Below, piece after piece: positions 12,233-24,745 of a DNA stretch of 64,000 nt; within the stretch, counting starts at the first letter, position 1; the number at the start of each line of letters is the position of its first letter. Made by a program: the position numbers and the translations under genes. Source of the stretch: Octopus sinensis (taxonomy: Eukaryota); NCBI RefSeq assembly GCF_006345805.1, contig NC_043004.1:33604001-33668000 (forward strand). The letters are read 5' to 3'. The notes below the pieces were generated by a model. The model ran no database searches, was not told the DNA's origin, and saw only the letters and a program-made list of their open reading frames with translations.

Positions 12233-13342
12233 TGGAATGGTGAGAATATAAGATTCTTATCATTGACTTTATAAGTAACTAACTTAAGAATATCACCAGA
12301 CACCATATGAAAATAAAAAAGAATAATAAAGGATTAAATACATAAAAAAGCATTCAGACATTACGCCAACATAACAATTTTAACTGCCAGAAAGAACTAT
12401 TCTCTTCATTCTGCTCATAGAAAGAACTATTATTTTTGACATCACACACCAAAGATCAAAGTCTATGTGGATAAAACAACTAAAGATAACATTAGTTCTT
12501 TTTTCAATTTTTCAAACTTATATTTTAAGGCAATTTCTCAGTTTTATGTCAATGCATCAATTTTTTTGTAACCATTCTCTGTATCCATCTTTTTCTAACC
12601 ATTCTCTGCATCCATCTTCTGTATAAATAACCATTTTTCAACAACATAACACAAGATGGTAAAGTCACAACAACAAAAGCACCAAAAATTAATAAACATT
12701 TTGTTCTCAGGAAGACTATTATAACTTTTGGTTCTCCCCTCAAAGCAAATAAAAAAATTAATAAATAAAGTTTAGAAGTAAAAATTCCTTCGTCAAATTG
12801 TGTCTGATGCTATGTACATCCAGGAATATGAAGACCTCTGATGATGACTGGAACCAAGCCATTCAATAACTTTTTTTGCATGACTCTTTGTATTGGGTGG
12901 CATTAAACCAAGAATTGCAAAAATATTGAATAATTTTTCATGAAGTTAATATTCCAACATATATATATATACATATATACATAGATATATATATACACAT
13001 ATATATTTATATATTTATATATATAGATATATATATACATACATATATATATATATACATATATGCATATACACATATATATGTTTATATATGTATGTAT
13101 GTGTGTGTATATATATATATATATTTACACACATACTTATACATACATATATATATAATATATATATATATATATGTATACACACATACATATATATATA
13201 TACATATATATATATGTGTATATATACATAAATATATGTATATATGCATATATATATATTATATATATATATATTTATATGTATATGTACATGCATATAT
13301 ATATATATTTATATATATATATATATATAATATATATATGTA

Positions 13343-13380
<38 letters not shown>

Positions 13381-13463
13381 TATATATATACACATATATA
13401 TATATGTGTATATATACATAAATATATGTATATATGTATATATATATATGTATACACACATGC

Positions 13464-13509
<46 letters not shown>

Positions 13510-14066
13510 TATATGTATGTATGTATATATATATATGTGTGTACACACACACACAAGTTTTATCAATAACATCAATTCATCTCAGACATTTATAGTTTTC
13601 TTATAATATGGTGTTGGTTCATACATTATGCTTCTATGTGGTTATATAACTTGCTAGAAAAAGCGACCAAACTTCTCTCGAATCATATTTGCCATCTTGA
13701 GAAAAGGGTGTGCACATTGAATAATGTATTCCTAGATACCCCGTGGTCCCTCTACAGATGAAACTGAAACCTCTAAGTCTGATGACTCCATGCACATGTC
13801 AGGATACACAAATATGGTGTTTATCAGTTCATTCCGCACAGTAAGCAGACAGCTATGTCACATGCAAATCGTTAAGGACATATCAAATTAGCATTTATAT
13901 AAAATTCTGCATTGTGGCTACCATATTGAAAAACCATTCATTGAACACACACATGCACGTACGCAAACACTCACACACACATGCACACACACACACAAAC
14001 ATACATTCCAATTAATTTTCTCTCTAAGCAAAATCCTGTATTGAAGTTTTTCTAAGAGGAAAAAGA

Positions 14067-14191
14067 GTATCATGGTCAGAACTTCTGAAAAAGGAATGTT
14101 GTATCATGGTCAGAACCTATGAAGAAGAGTGTTGTCTCATGGCCAGAACGTTTGAAAAATGTGAGCTGTATCTAACCAGGACCTTTGAAGC
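14067..14191. repeat. Degenerate ~33-34-bp minisatellite, ~4 units
   Basis: GT(A/C)TCATGG(T/C)CAGAAC...TGAA recurs at 14067, 14101, 14134 and 14168. Confidence 0.65.
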
Positions 14192-14351
14192 TAATGGGAG
14201 AAAGAGAGAAAGATAACAATAATCTGTCCTCCACCTCTCCTTCATCATCATCATCATCATCATCATCATAATCATTATTGTCACTATCATCATCATCATT
14301 ATCATCAGTGTCACTATCATCATTGTCCTCATTATCATCATTGCCATTATT

Positions 14352-14790
14352 ATTGAAACTCCGACGTCTGGTAGCTGACTTATCAGACACCCATAAAATT
14401 ATTAACCATCTTATAAACAATAACTCTGAGCACCTTTTCAAACTCCACCCGTCTAACTTCCGTGGGCATATTTACAAAGTCAGAAAACAGCACAGCTCCC
14501 ATGACTTTAGGAAACATTTTTTCACGCTGAGGGTTGCTGAAGCATGGAACAAACTGCCCGCATCAGTTGTTAGTTGTCAGAGCACTGCATCCTTCAAAAC
14601 TTCCATGCTTCCTGAGATTCGCCAACACTACACCTGATTTTCTCCCCTCCATACACACACAAGCATGTATCTGACTCATACATTGTTTGCTTTCCAGACA
14701 TTTGTACATTACTGCATACACTTTATATGCACTTTCTGACAAGTTGTGGTGCACCTGAGCTCTGTATACAATAATTTCATTATCATTATA
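14352..14790 (+). mobile_element. CR1-clade LINE 3' fragment, copy 1
   Basis: LKLRRLVADL...RGHIYKVRKQHSSHDFRKHFFTLRVAEAWNKLP..., a 3' UTR and an ATT-rich tail; sits in an (ATC/ATT)n array. Confidence 0.85.
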
Positions 14791-15091
14791 TTATTATTAT
14801 TATTATAACCACCATTATTATCAATGTTATCCTCATTATCATTATTAATTTCATAATCTTCACAATCATCATTGTCATCATCATCGCCATCCTCATTATA
14901 TTCATCATCATCATCATCCTCATCATCATCATCATCATCATCATCATCAACCATTTACCATTATTGTTCTAAAGAAGTAAAAACTGAATTCCATGAATAA
15001 TCTTAAGTATCAAAATTTCTGAACTAATTTTAGAAAAAAATTTGAATTTATGTTAACAAGAAATTCATTTTGTCTTAATAGAACTACAGAA

Positions 15092-15153
<62 letters not shown>

Positions 15154-16295
15154 AAGAAAGAGAAAACATGGTAAAATATTTGTGACTACATTTGAAAAAT
15201 AGAAAATGTCAATAAGTTAAATTTTATTGCTGATAATTGTATATGCTAAACTAGGTAATTTAACCACAAGAATTCATGTGTTGTGGGTTAATATCTTTAG
15301 AATCATTACTGTTTTTAGTTATATTTTGAAAGTCTTTAATTAGTTTTAAATTGTGTTTGTATTTTACAATATTTTTAATCATCTTCATAATATTTCCCTA
15401 TTTTGGCATCCTAATATTGTGTTTGGAAATTTACCATATAATCTCAGTAAATAGAATTAAATCATGTAATATAGAATTTCAATATACGAATTTCAATTAA
15501 ATAAATTAAATTATATTGAATCCAGCTATATGAGACAAATTTTATCTCATAAGCTAGGTGTTATGGACTCTGCTGCTTACACTTGTGATATCTAAATTCT
15601 TCCTTCTCCACTATTTATCATCAGCTGTTGCTATAGTTACACAACACACTGGCTGAAATAAGTAGAAAGCCTCTCGAAGTAAATTGTAAATCATTGATTT
15701 AATGGATATAAAAGCTAATAAGAAAATGAAATCCGTAATTATATGGAAAAATAGTTCCTGGAAGCAGAGAGCCAAGTGCCATTGTCTGGCAGAATAATTT
15801 TTAGGAGTTATAATCTCCTTATAAATGCTGTGTAAGCAGAGAAATGGAAAAGAAATGGTTTGGGATTAAACATTCATAGGTCTTGGAATCAGCTCCAAGG
15901 GCAACTCCTACTCTTTTATTCTTTTATTTGTTTCAGTTATTTGACTGTGACCATGCTGGAGCACTGCTTATGGCCGAGTAAATCGAACCCAGGACTTATT
16001 CTTCGTAAACCTAGTACTTATTTTATCAGTCTCTTTTTTCCGAACCGCTAAGTTACAGGGATGTAAACACACCAACATCGGTTGTCAAGTGATGTGGGGG
16101 GGGGGAAAGCACACACACACACACGTACCCACATATGTGATGGGCTTCTTTCAGTTTCTGTCTACCAAATCCACTCACAAGGCTTTGCTTGGCCCAAGTT
16201 GCCATGCAGTGGGACTGAACCTCGAGCCATGTGGTTGAGAAGCAAGCTACTTACCACACAGCCACTCCTGCACCTAATACCTTTGACCAATGCTC

Positions 16296-16347
<52 letters not shown>

Positions 16348-16477
16348 TAATAATAATAATAATAATTGCTGTGTGGGGACTGGCATGAATGGATTCATCG
16401 TTTCCTCTGGGTGTCCTAAAAAGGGACTAAAAGAGATTGAGTATGATTTGAACTCTGACCTCATATATAGCTATGGT

Positions 16478-17085
16478 GCTATCGTGCAACCTCACCTGGA
16501 ACTTGCATCACCGGTCTGGAACCCCTATCTTGCCCAGGATATTAATCGTCTGGAAGCTGTTCAGTGATGTGCAACCAAGAGAATACCCTCCATCAGGCAT
16601 TTGCCATATTCTGAATGCCTTACTTCCCTGGTCATGGATACATTGAAACTGCGACGTCTGGCAGCTGACTTGGCAGACACTCATAAAATTATTAACCATC
16701 TTACAAACAATAACTCTGAGCACCTTTTCAAACTCCACCTGTCTAACACTCATGGACATGTTTACAAAGTCAGAAAACAGCACAGCTCCCATGACTTTCG
16801 GAAACATTTTTTCATGCTATGAGTTGCTGAAGCATGGAACAAACTGCCAGCATCAGTTGTTAGTTGTCAGAGCACTGCATCCTTCAAAACTTCCATGCTT
16901 CCTGAGATTCACCAACACTACACCTGATTTTATCCCCTCCATACATACGCAAGCATGTATCTGACTCTTACACTGTTCACTTTCCAGACATTTGTACATA
17001 AATGCATATTCTTTATATGCACTTTTGACAAGTTGTGGTGCAACTGAGAACTGTATACAATAATTTCATTATTAATATTATTATT
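16478..17085 (+). mobile_element. CR1-clade LINE 3' fragment, copy 2
   Basis: Y.AIVQPHLELASPVWNPYLAQDINRLEAVQ*.ATKRIP...LKLRRLAADL...WNKLP; closely similar to copy 1 including the UTR. Confidence 0.88.
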
Positions 17086-19049
17086 ATAAAACCCTCGCCA
17101 GGAACAACTATCCAAGCAGACAGATGGGTTGGAGGGTTGTTGCCTGAGTGGTGCAAAGATGTCATCCACCAGGATTTGTAGGGAATCACAAACAACTGCT
17201 GGATATACAGCAACCTGCTGCTACACTGCCTGGTCCTTACTTTTACTACAACTCCAACAAACACAGCAAAAACTGGAGCAAGGCCGGTGTTATATACAAT
17301 GCAACAGTTAATATTCTTTTCCCCGAAATTTTTGAGGAGGGAGCAAGTCAATTAGTTTGACCCCAGTACACAACTGGTACTTAATCTATCAAGCCCGAAA
17401 GGATGAAAGATATAGTCGACCTTGGCAGAATTTGAACTCAGAATATAAAGACAGACGAAATACTGCTAAGCATTTCACCCGGTATGCTAACGTTTCTGCC
17501 AGCTTGCCGCCTTTAATGCAATGGTTAATATTATTACCTCTCTAAGCATGACTGACACCAATGAAACTCTCACAGCCTGTAAAATGGTATGTTTCACTCG
17601 TTTGCTGTAGACATGTATCAAATCTTAAGATATCAACTACCACCACCAATACTACAACAGCACCCTATTAACACACACCAGTACTACCACCACCGCCAAT
17701 ACACCCAGTATCATTATCATCATCACCAGCATCCACCCCCGAATAATATTTCTCCAGGTCCCTACATGTATCTATGTGGTGTTGACACATCAAATTATTG
17801 GCACAGTCTACCTAATGTTTAGAAACAAACTAAAGGTCTCACACTCGGAATATGCAACACTTTCATTTAGGGGTGTTCACATAATTCATAAATTTTCTTC
17901 ACGTTCCTTTTTCTCAAATAGAACAACACCAACGTGTTCAAAATTCTGAAAAATTCATAGAATTAGTGAATCAACTTTCATATGGAAATAACACCAAAGT
18001 ATTAAAAATTCTGAAAAATTCATAGAATTTGTAAATCGACTACTTGATAGTCATGCATTTAACTAACCATGTGATACATAATTTAACCTGGCACAATGCA
18101 TAAATATTTATGTTGTAGTAATCGTATATCTAATAATCTCATCTGATACGTATGCCTGTATTTATTATGTTGTTGTAGATATGTATATATATATATATGT
18201 ATATGATTTATTTCATAGGAATATAAAATCTGAATGATATTTTCACTTAAAGCTAAAATATATAATGTAGATAATGTATTGTGAGAAATATCAGAACTGA
18301 CCATTCCATTATAAAGATAGATAAATTGTCAGCATCTTTGTCTTGTCTGGAAGAATTTCCAAGTCAAACCTAACATTTTACACACAACTTTTAAAATGTG
18401 TTAAGATTGTTGATTAAAATTGAAGTTTGGAAATAATGATTTCTCACATTGGCACAAAGCCATAAATTTATATTGAAGAATTTAGAGTTGATTGAATTGA
18501 TTATGGTACATGGTGGATTGATGTTTACTAAACCACCTGAGTGAATAAAAGACAAGCACACTATATCAGGAACTGAACTATACAGAATCAGTGGCAAATA
18601 AATAAAGACAAAAAATAAAATAAAAAATATGAAAATGTAAGTGAAACCATGGACTAAGATTATGTAGAATTTTAACCGTGGCAGCATCCTGTCTTTATTT
18701 GCCCTGGTTTTTAAATACAGAGAAAAACAGAAGTTGTGATGTTCATGCAATCTTTAGGATGTTAATGACAAAGCTGAAAATAAATCAGAATTGAAATATA
18801 GGTGCATGGATGAGCTTTGGTGCTTACAATGTGTGTACCATTTTGGGTAACTGTCTTCTACTGGGATTATCTCAGGCTGACTTGCTGAGTGGAATTGGAT
18901 AGTGGAAACAGAAAGAAGCCCATCATCTGCTCATATCTTTGTATGCATCTGTGTGTGTGTGTGTATGTATGAGAGAAAGAGAGTGTGTGTGAATGTGTGA
19001 GAGAATATTTATGTGTGTTGTGTGTGTATGTATGTATGTGTGTGTGTGT

Positions 19050-19083
<34 letters not shown>

Positions 19084-19096
19084 TGTGTGTGTATGT

Positions 19097-19153
<57 letters not shown>

Positions 19154-19168
19154 TGTGTGTGTGTATCT

Positions 19169-19208
<40 letters not shown>

Positions 19209-19711
19209 TGTGCACATGTGTGTGTGCATGCCTGTCTCTTTGCTTAATAAAAATTCACATTCTACAAATATACAAGTGGTGACATTTCTTCCAATAAATC
19301 ATTTGTTCGCTTTATGTCATCAAAGACTTACAAAGAGAGCCATTTCTTGAAAAACCAGGCAAGGGTTAACAATAAGCATAGCCCCCTGGCTGTAAAACAA
19401 TGCTCCAATAATATATTCTCCTAACTCATGCTGGCATGGAAAAACAGATGTAAAACAAATGACTGAATGAACAAACTTTATTTGACCACCATTGATATGT
19501 AAAGGGTGTAACTGATGGAATCAACCAGGGCTCCAACAAGGCCTTCGTCATTATGGCTAAAACAAAGAAAAGAATGAGAGAGGAAAAGAAACAACGGCAG
19601 CTGTCTGCAAGGAGCAGAGACTTGTATAGTTTGAGGAACAAGACAGAAGGGTATGACAGCATGGCTTTGATATAGGCTGGAAGATTTGGGAAAGATGTTA
19701 TACATAGGCGC

Positions 19712-20130
19712 AGGAGCGGCTGTGTGGTAAGTAGCTTGTTTACCAACCACATGGTTCCGAGTTCAGTCCCACTGCATGGCATCTTGGGCAAGTGTCTTCT
19801 ACTATAGCCTCGGGCCGACCAAAGCCTTGTGAGTGGATTTGGTTGACGGAAACTGAAAGAAGGCCGTCGTATATATGTATATATATGTATATATATGTAT
19901 ATATATATGTATATGCGTGTGTGTGTTTGTGTGTCTGTGTTTGTCGCCCTAGCATTGCTTGACAACCGATGCTGGTGTGTTTATGACCCCGTTACTTAGT
20001 GGTTCGGCAAAAGAGACCAATAGAATAAGTACTGGGCTTACAAAAGAATAAGTTCCAGGGTCGAGTTGCTCAATTAAAGGTGGTGCTCCAGCATGGCCGC
20101 AGTCAAATGACTGAAATAAGTAAAAGAGTA
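19712..20130 (+). mobile_element. SINE family A, full length (tRNA head, CORE-like segment, internal TA/TG microsatellite)
   Basis: GGCTGTGTGGTAAGTAGCTTG...GTTCAGTCCCACTGC.TGGCA.CTTGGGCAAGTGTCTTCTACTATAGCC...GAAACTGAAAGAAG..(TA)n(TG)n...GGTGCTCCAGCATGGCCGCAGTCAAATGACTGAAA. Confidence 0.9.
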
Positions 20131-20242
20131 AACGAGTAATTATTGTATTTCCAATTTAAATATGTTTGAAGTTGTGGCTTTCATTCATCTACTGACACAA
20201 TGTTGCTGTTGTTCTACAAATAGCTTCAAAGTTCTCAACAGG

Positions 20243-20330
20243 GTCAGTGTTACATATTGGGCTCAAAGCAACATAATCCCATTGAATACGAAGATTGCTG
20301 GGGTGGGGAACTACAAGTAACTGACACAAA
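20243..20330 (+). mobile_element. Decayed CR1-like RT fragment
   Basis: With small frameshifts it reads SVLHIGLKQHNPIEYKIAGVELQVTDT, typical of CR1 RT domain 7. Confidence 0.45.
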
Positions 20331-21199
20331 CTTTCTTAATTCAATAAAAAAAACTTTGTAATTAAGGGAGAAGAGAAGGTCAGCCCCAGATCAATAAGTG
20401 GACAGAAATCAACAAGTGAGGGAGTTGTGGAGTGTTAGGGTCTGTTATGGGGTTTGATGTGAGACATTTCCAATTCTGTGCAATAACAAACTTATCCAGA
20501 AATAGGATTGATCATAAAACTAGAAAATGTTTGCTTACAACTTAATCAGAATTATTCAGCAACATTTTTGCAGCCTATGTGATAATGAAGATGCCTGGAC
20601 GATGCTGGGTGGGTGGGGAAAGTCGGCAAAGAAGGCTCTGAGATATGGCTGTGTGGTTAAGAAGCTTGCTTTGAAACTGCAAGATTTCAGGTTCAGTTCC
20701 ACTGAGCAGCACTGAGGGCAAGTGTTTTCTTTTATGGCTCTGGTTTGAACAATACTCTGTGAGTGAATTTACTTGAAGAAAACTGTTTGGAAGATCGTCA
20801 CACATGCACGCACACACAAACGCACGCACGCACACACACACACACACTTATTTGGCTAAAAAAAATTGCACAGAAAGATGACAAAAGAACACAGAAAAAT
20901 CACACAAAAAATGGAAATGTTTGTTCCCTCATCAGTTATCAGCCAAAAATCATCACAATTTTGTGCCTTAATGAGGAAGATTTTTTTTAATGTTTGTAGC
21001 ATCAACGTTAAATATTGCTGAGTTTAAAGGATAGTGACAAAAACAGAAATGATAAACGATGACAGAATAAGAACAAGACTTAATAGAAAATTTACACGTA
21101 GTTGGTATGTAAATAAATATGTGAATACATATAAAGGCCTTTCAGCTTTGAGACAGCATAAGACAAAATATACACCGAAGTGATGCTAATGGAAAATGT

Positions 21200-21244
<45 letters not shown>

Positions 21245-21407
21245 ATATGTATATGTGTGTGTGTATGTGTATATATATATAAATATTTATATGTGTATAT
21301 ATATATATATATATGCATATATATATACATATATATATATATGTGTATGTATATATATATATATATATATATATAAAACCATATATGTGTGTGTGTGTGT
21401 GTGTGCA

Positions 21408-21458
<51 letters not shown>

Positions 21459-21691
21459 ATATGTATTGTCTTCTTTTATCTTTTACTTCTTTCAGTCATT
21501 TTGACTGCGGCCATGATGGGGCACTGCTTTGAAATTTCAGTCATATGAATCAGCCCCAGGACTTATTTTTAAAGCCTGGTGCTTACTCTATTGGTCTCTT
21601 GTGCCAAACCTCTGAGTTTCAGGGATGTAAACACACCAACACTGGTTGCCAAGCATTGTTGGAGGACAAACACAGATACAAAGTAACACAC

Positions 21692-21791
<100 letters not shown>

Positions 21792-22382
21792 TATATATAT
21801 ATACGACAGGCTTCGTTCAGGCTCCATCTACTAAATCCAGTCATAAGACTTTGGTTGGCCTGAGGCTATAGTAGAAGACAGTAGCCCAAGGTGCTACACA
21901 ATGGAACTGAACCCGGAACCGTGTAGAGTTGGCTCTAGATTTGTACAGTCTACATTTTTTTAAATTTTGGGGCAATTAGGGGTAGACTTCAGATTTTCTA
22001 CCCCTAAATTCAAATATATCATGAGTATGCTCAATTACAAGGAAACTTTCATTCCTCGACACAAAGAAGCACAACAGTTCTCATCAATATTTTTGGCACT
22101 TTCCTTATTGATGTATTAACCATTCAATGTTCTCACTATAGCACCAGTATTTCTCTCTTCTTCTTCATTATTTTTAAACCCCATAGTTCTATCTTAGCCA
22201 TGCAGCAACTGTCATACTGTTAAAACCCCAATCTAAATCATATTATGCAAAATATCAAGAAAAGAGAAAAGGTGGGTGGGTGGGGAAGAAAATATAAAAT
22301 TCGAATTTCAGAAAAATATAGAAAACTGTCAATTACCAGTTTTGTGGTAATATATGCATACATATACAATTATATATAGGTG

Positions 22383-22414
<32 letters not shown>

Positions 22415-23088
22415 TAAGCATACACGTATATAGATATATCACATATGTATATATGTATGTATTTGTGTGTGTATATACATGTATATAAGTATATATATGA
22501 ATGTGTGTGTGTGTGTCTTAGTTGCCTAACTATATATGTTTAATAATTCAAATATTTGACGGATTTTTATTTTAGAAATTCTTCTTCGATATAATATAAA
22601 TAAAATTGAGAACAAACTCAAAACAATTAAAAAAGAACCAAACAGCAAGCTTATCGAAGCATTATTGAAGTTCTTGGGTAATTTCTTCACTAATTAAGTT
22701 TTGGAAATATTGGAAGGCAAAAGCATAAAGATGTAGTTATGCAAATTATGAAGAGAAAAAATAATTCAGAAATATTGAATATATTTCTTGGTTCTCATCT
22801 GTTGTGTAAGATAGAAAGGAGTAAATTTTATTTTCATCAAAGGAAACACACACATGTTACATATATACATACACACATACATGCATGTATGTAAGTATGT
22901 ATATCTCTCTGTCTCACACACACACACACACAGATATACACACGTGCACATAAATGTATATATGTATATTTGTGTATATTATATATGCACAATTATTATA
23001 TTTGTGTGTGTATTATATATATATATATGTATGTATGTATATATATATATATGTTTGAAGTTATATACTTATATATATTTCATATATA

Positions 23089-23133
<45 letters not shown>

Positions 23134-23724
23134 TATGTGTATGTGTGTGTGTTTCTGTACATACATATATATCATATATATGTCTCTGTGTGTGTTTGTG
23201 TGTGTGTGTGTGTCTATATATATGTATATATATATGCACACACACATATGTAATATTTATAATATATTTTTATATGGGGAAAAGGAAATATATCATTCAT
23301 TATCAAAATAAAGAAAAACCTTTTTGGTTAAAGAGATTTCAAAATGTTGCTATGTTCTTTTCATCATGAAAAGAATTTGAAGAAAATTTGAAAGGCGGGT
23401 CTATGAATCATAGCCTGGGAGAAGTTGTGTGGTAGATTAAAAGTTAGGGAATATCCTTTTAATAGGAAATGTCGTGAAGGTGTAGGAAGAGGGACTGAGA
23501 AAGAGAGACAGAGAGAGACAGAGAGATATGTGGAAGTAAGTAAAGCTTGAAATGTGGGACAGAGAGATATCAGATTGTAAAGAAGAGAGAAAGATATACG
23601 AGAAGATAGATACAGAGTGAAATAAACATATAAACATAACAGGTTGTTCATTTCAAATGATCATATCGATATAATCTTGTTTTGCTTACTGGCGAGGGCT
23701 TTAGGTTTCTACTCACTATCCATG

Positions 23725-24745
23725 TAAAAATTCATTTATTGGGTCTTCTTAGATGGCTCAGGGCTATTGTGAAAGACACTTGTTGAAAGCACCATGTGGG
23801 AAAACTGAACCAGATAAAAACATGGTTGTGAAGCAAACCGTTTTTTTCACACAGGCATGACTGTGTGGTATAAAGTTGGCTTCGCAACCACATGGTTCCA
23901 GGTTCAGTCCCACTGTGTGGCACCTTGGGCAAGTGTTTTCTACTGTAGCTTCAGTTTGACCAAAGCCTTGTGATTGGATTTAATGGACAGGAACTAAAAG
24001 AATGTACACTTTTAAGTGTGTCTATGTTTGTCCCCTGCCAATGCTTGACAACTGGTGACAGTGCGCTTATGTCCTTATAACTTGGCAGTTCAGCAAAAGA
24101 GACCAATAAAATAAGTACCAGGCTTCAAAATGAGATGATAATAATAAGCATGGGGTTTGATTCATTTGACCAAAATTCTTGAAGGCTGTGTCCCAGCATG
24201 GCTGCAGTCCAATGACTGAAGCAAGTAACAAATAAAGGATAAAGGATTAAGAAATGGATGAATGTCACAAATTACCTTTAATTAATTGAAACAATTGGCT
24301 ACACTGGATAAACTGGAGAATTCCTCACAGGAATGGCTGTGTGGTAAGTAGCTTGCTTATCAACTATATGGTTCCGGGTTCAGTCCCACTACATGGCACC
24401 TTGAACAAGTGTCTTCTGCTATAGCCTCGGGCCGACCCAAGACTTGCGAGTAGATTTGGTAGACAGAAACTGAAAGAAGCCCATTGTATATGTGTGTGTG
24501 TGTGTGTGTGTGTGCGTGTTCATTCATGTGTCTCTGTGTTTGTCCCCCACCATCACTTGGCAACCAATGCTGGTGTGTTTATATCACTATAACTTAGCAG
24601 TTTGGCAAAAGAGACCGATAGAATAAGTAGTAGGCTTACAAAGACTAAGTGCTGGAGTTGATTTGTTCGACTAAAGGTGGTGCTCCAGCATGGCTGCAGT
24701 CAAATGACCAAAACAAAGAATAAAAGAGTAAAAAGAGTAAAGAGT
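23725..24745. mobile_element. Family A SINEs: head-to-head pair plus a further plus copy
   Basis: Minus head ~23725-23854, plus copy ~23861-24240, plus copy ~24330-24745. Confidence 0.85.

Noticed and set aside
12836-12870. CTGATGA hammerhead core
   Set aside because: No downstream GAAA or paired stems; the same applies to CTGATGA at ~4968, ~6884, ~10929, ~13774 and ~28246.
14067-14191. Conserved 16-mer with variable ~17-nt gaps, CRISPR-like
   Set aside because: The gaps are related to each other and too short; this is a degenerate minisatellite.
20242-20316. 75-nt phase 0-0 exon GQCYILGSKQHNPIEYEDCWGGELQ
   Set aside because: Better explained as a frameshifted CR1 RT fragment.
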